Assembly: GCA_003707115.1 (NCBI GenBank)
Contig: PPNB01000003.1
Span: 186,001 to 250,000, forward strand
DNA: 64,000 nt
Direction of reading: 5' to 3'
Source of the DNA: Tortispora ganteri
Lineage: Eukaryota
The notes under the pieces are model-generated. The model was not told where the DNA came from. It searched no databases and saw only the letters and a program-made list of their open reading frames with translations. Shown here piece after piece: positions 63,012 to 64,000 of the stretch (within the stretch, counting starts at the first letter, position 1; the number at the start of each line of letters is the position of its first letter). The position numbers and the translations under genes were made by a program.

Positions 63012-63019
63012 CCGGGTAA
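63012..63019 (+). promoter_or_regulatory. Reb1-type site CCGGGTAA in bidirectional promoter
   Basis: Exact motif midway between divergent ATGs 62885 and 63124. Confidence 0.45.
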
Positions 63020-63123
63020 CTTAATTACTCAAAATCACCTGTACCATTAACTGTGTACACGTCTAACTACCTTCCACTTAACCTCACCCCCCTGAAAGGT
63101 TTTTGCATATAAACACTAGCTGA

Positions 63124-64000
63124 ATGCCACCGACTATTGAGTTTGTAGAGACCCCAAAGGCTGAAAAACAGCCAATTGCGTCCAATGACTGTGGCGTTTG
63201 GACTACAGATAGCCCGGCTATCAAGAATGCCCCCCTTCCGGCCGAGGGCCCTGGCAGCCGCGATTTCAACAACTATCTGTTGTTCGCTATACTGATAGGT
63301 GTTCCTACTGTACTGACCCGCTTTTTCGGTGGAGGCAAGCTTCTTTTTGGATTTTTTTTCCTGGTTAGCGTTCTGCCGCTCTTGATGGCCTACTGGCTTT
63401 TCCGCTCTTCAATGTCGCCAAGACTCAACGAGAAAGTGAAGTATCCTGGAAAACCGCTCACCGATTATATCAGTTTTAACGATAAAGAACTTGAGGAACA
63501 CTGGAAAGGATCGAAGATTCCCCTTCACACCTTCCAGGAACTGTATATTGATGGCAAGGTAGACTTCAAGGGTGACGCTTTGGATGTATTGGAATACAAG
63601 CACGATTGGGCCACATTCAGGTTCACATGGGGACTGTTCAAATATTTCCTGTTAGGAATGATCCCTGAAGTGATTATGCATTCTCGCTCACAGGATGAGG
63701 AACAGGTACGTGGTCACTATGACCGTGGTGACGATTTCTACTCTTTTTTTTTGGGTCCTCGAATGATATACACTTCGGGAATTATCGGCGACATCAATCG
63801 CGAAGAGACGCTGGAAGAACTACAGGACAATAAGCTCAATGTTGTTTGCGAGAAACTCGAATTGAAAGAAGGCGATACCCTACTTGATTTTGGATGCGGA
63901 TGGGGTACATTTGCTCGATACGCTTCTAAGCTGTATGGCGCCAAAGTCACTGGTATTACACTAGGACGTAATCAGACCAAATGGGGTAATGAACACTTGA
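63124..64000 (+). CDS. MTS1: Sphingolipid C9-methyltransferase (CFA-synthase family), 3'-truncated by window edge; absent from the ORF track
   Basis: Hand translation from ATG 63124: PAIKNAPLPAEGPG, two TM segments, HSRSQDEEQVRGHYDRGDDFY, GPRMIYTSG, LLDFGCGWG SAM motif. Confidence 0.9.
   Translation, partial: MPPTIEFVETPKAEKQPIASNDCGVWTTDSPAIKNAPLPAEGPGSRDFNNYLLFAILIGVPTVLTRFFGGGKLLFGFFFLVSVLPLLMAYWLFRSSMSPRLNEKVKYPGKPLTDYISFNDKELEEHWKGSKIPLHTFQELYIDGKVDFKGDALDVLEYKHDWATFRFTWGLFKYFLLGMIPEVIMHSRSQDEEQVRGHYDRGDDFYSFFLGPRMIYTSGIIGDINREETLEELQDNKLNVVCEKLELKEGDTLLDFGCGWGTFARYASKLYGAKVTGITLGRNQTKWGNEHL

Overview
Gene-dense 64 kb nuclear segment of an ascomycete yeast (Saccharomycotina-type; CTG occupies conserved Leu positions in ATP2 and GLC3, consistent with the standard code). 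About 40 protein-coding genes, mostly intronless housekeeping genes: GLC3 3' end, ATP2, MCX1, macro-domain gene, GAL7, histidine acid phosphatase, BLOC1S1-like, VPS39, TRM1, peroxisomal cyt-b5/acyl-CoA dehydrogenase, MTC4-like, RME1-like, CDC55, DAP2, COX13, ATP1, MPO1, SLA1, MRPL49, RPB7, phospholipase B, DSD1, a Ser-rich repeat adhesin-like gene, flavin reductase-like, aldo-keto reductase, MFS pump, ATG12, MPD1, VTA1, TVP23, VPS53, TIM9, CCCH-Smr protein, TVP38, URA9, an orphan ORF, a PPR-like gene, a G-patch gene and the 5' part of a sphingolipid C9-methyltransferase. Spliced models missed by the ORF track were built by hand for ATP2, ATP1 and TVP23. No tRNA, rRNA, transposon or CRISPR was recognised. 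The most striking signal is extreme architectural compaction: GAL7 and a divergent macro-domain gene have start codons overlapping in one CATG (no intergenic DNA), several convergent pairs are 2-7 bp apart, and two genes carry uORFs whose stop overlaps the main ATG. In contrast, both F1-ATPase genes keep long introns sharing a YCCGGCT motif. All family assignments are from motif recognition by eye, not database searches.
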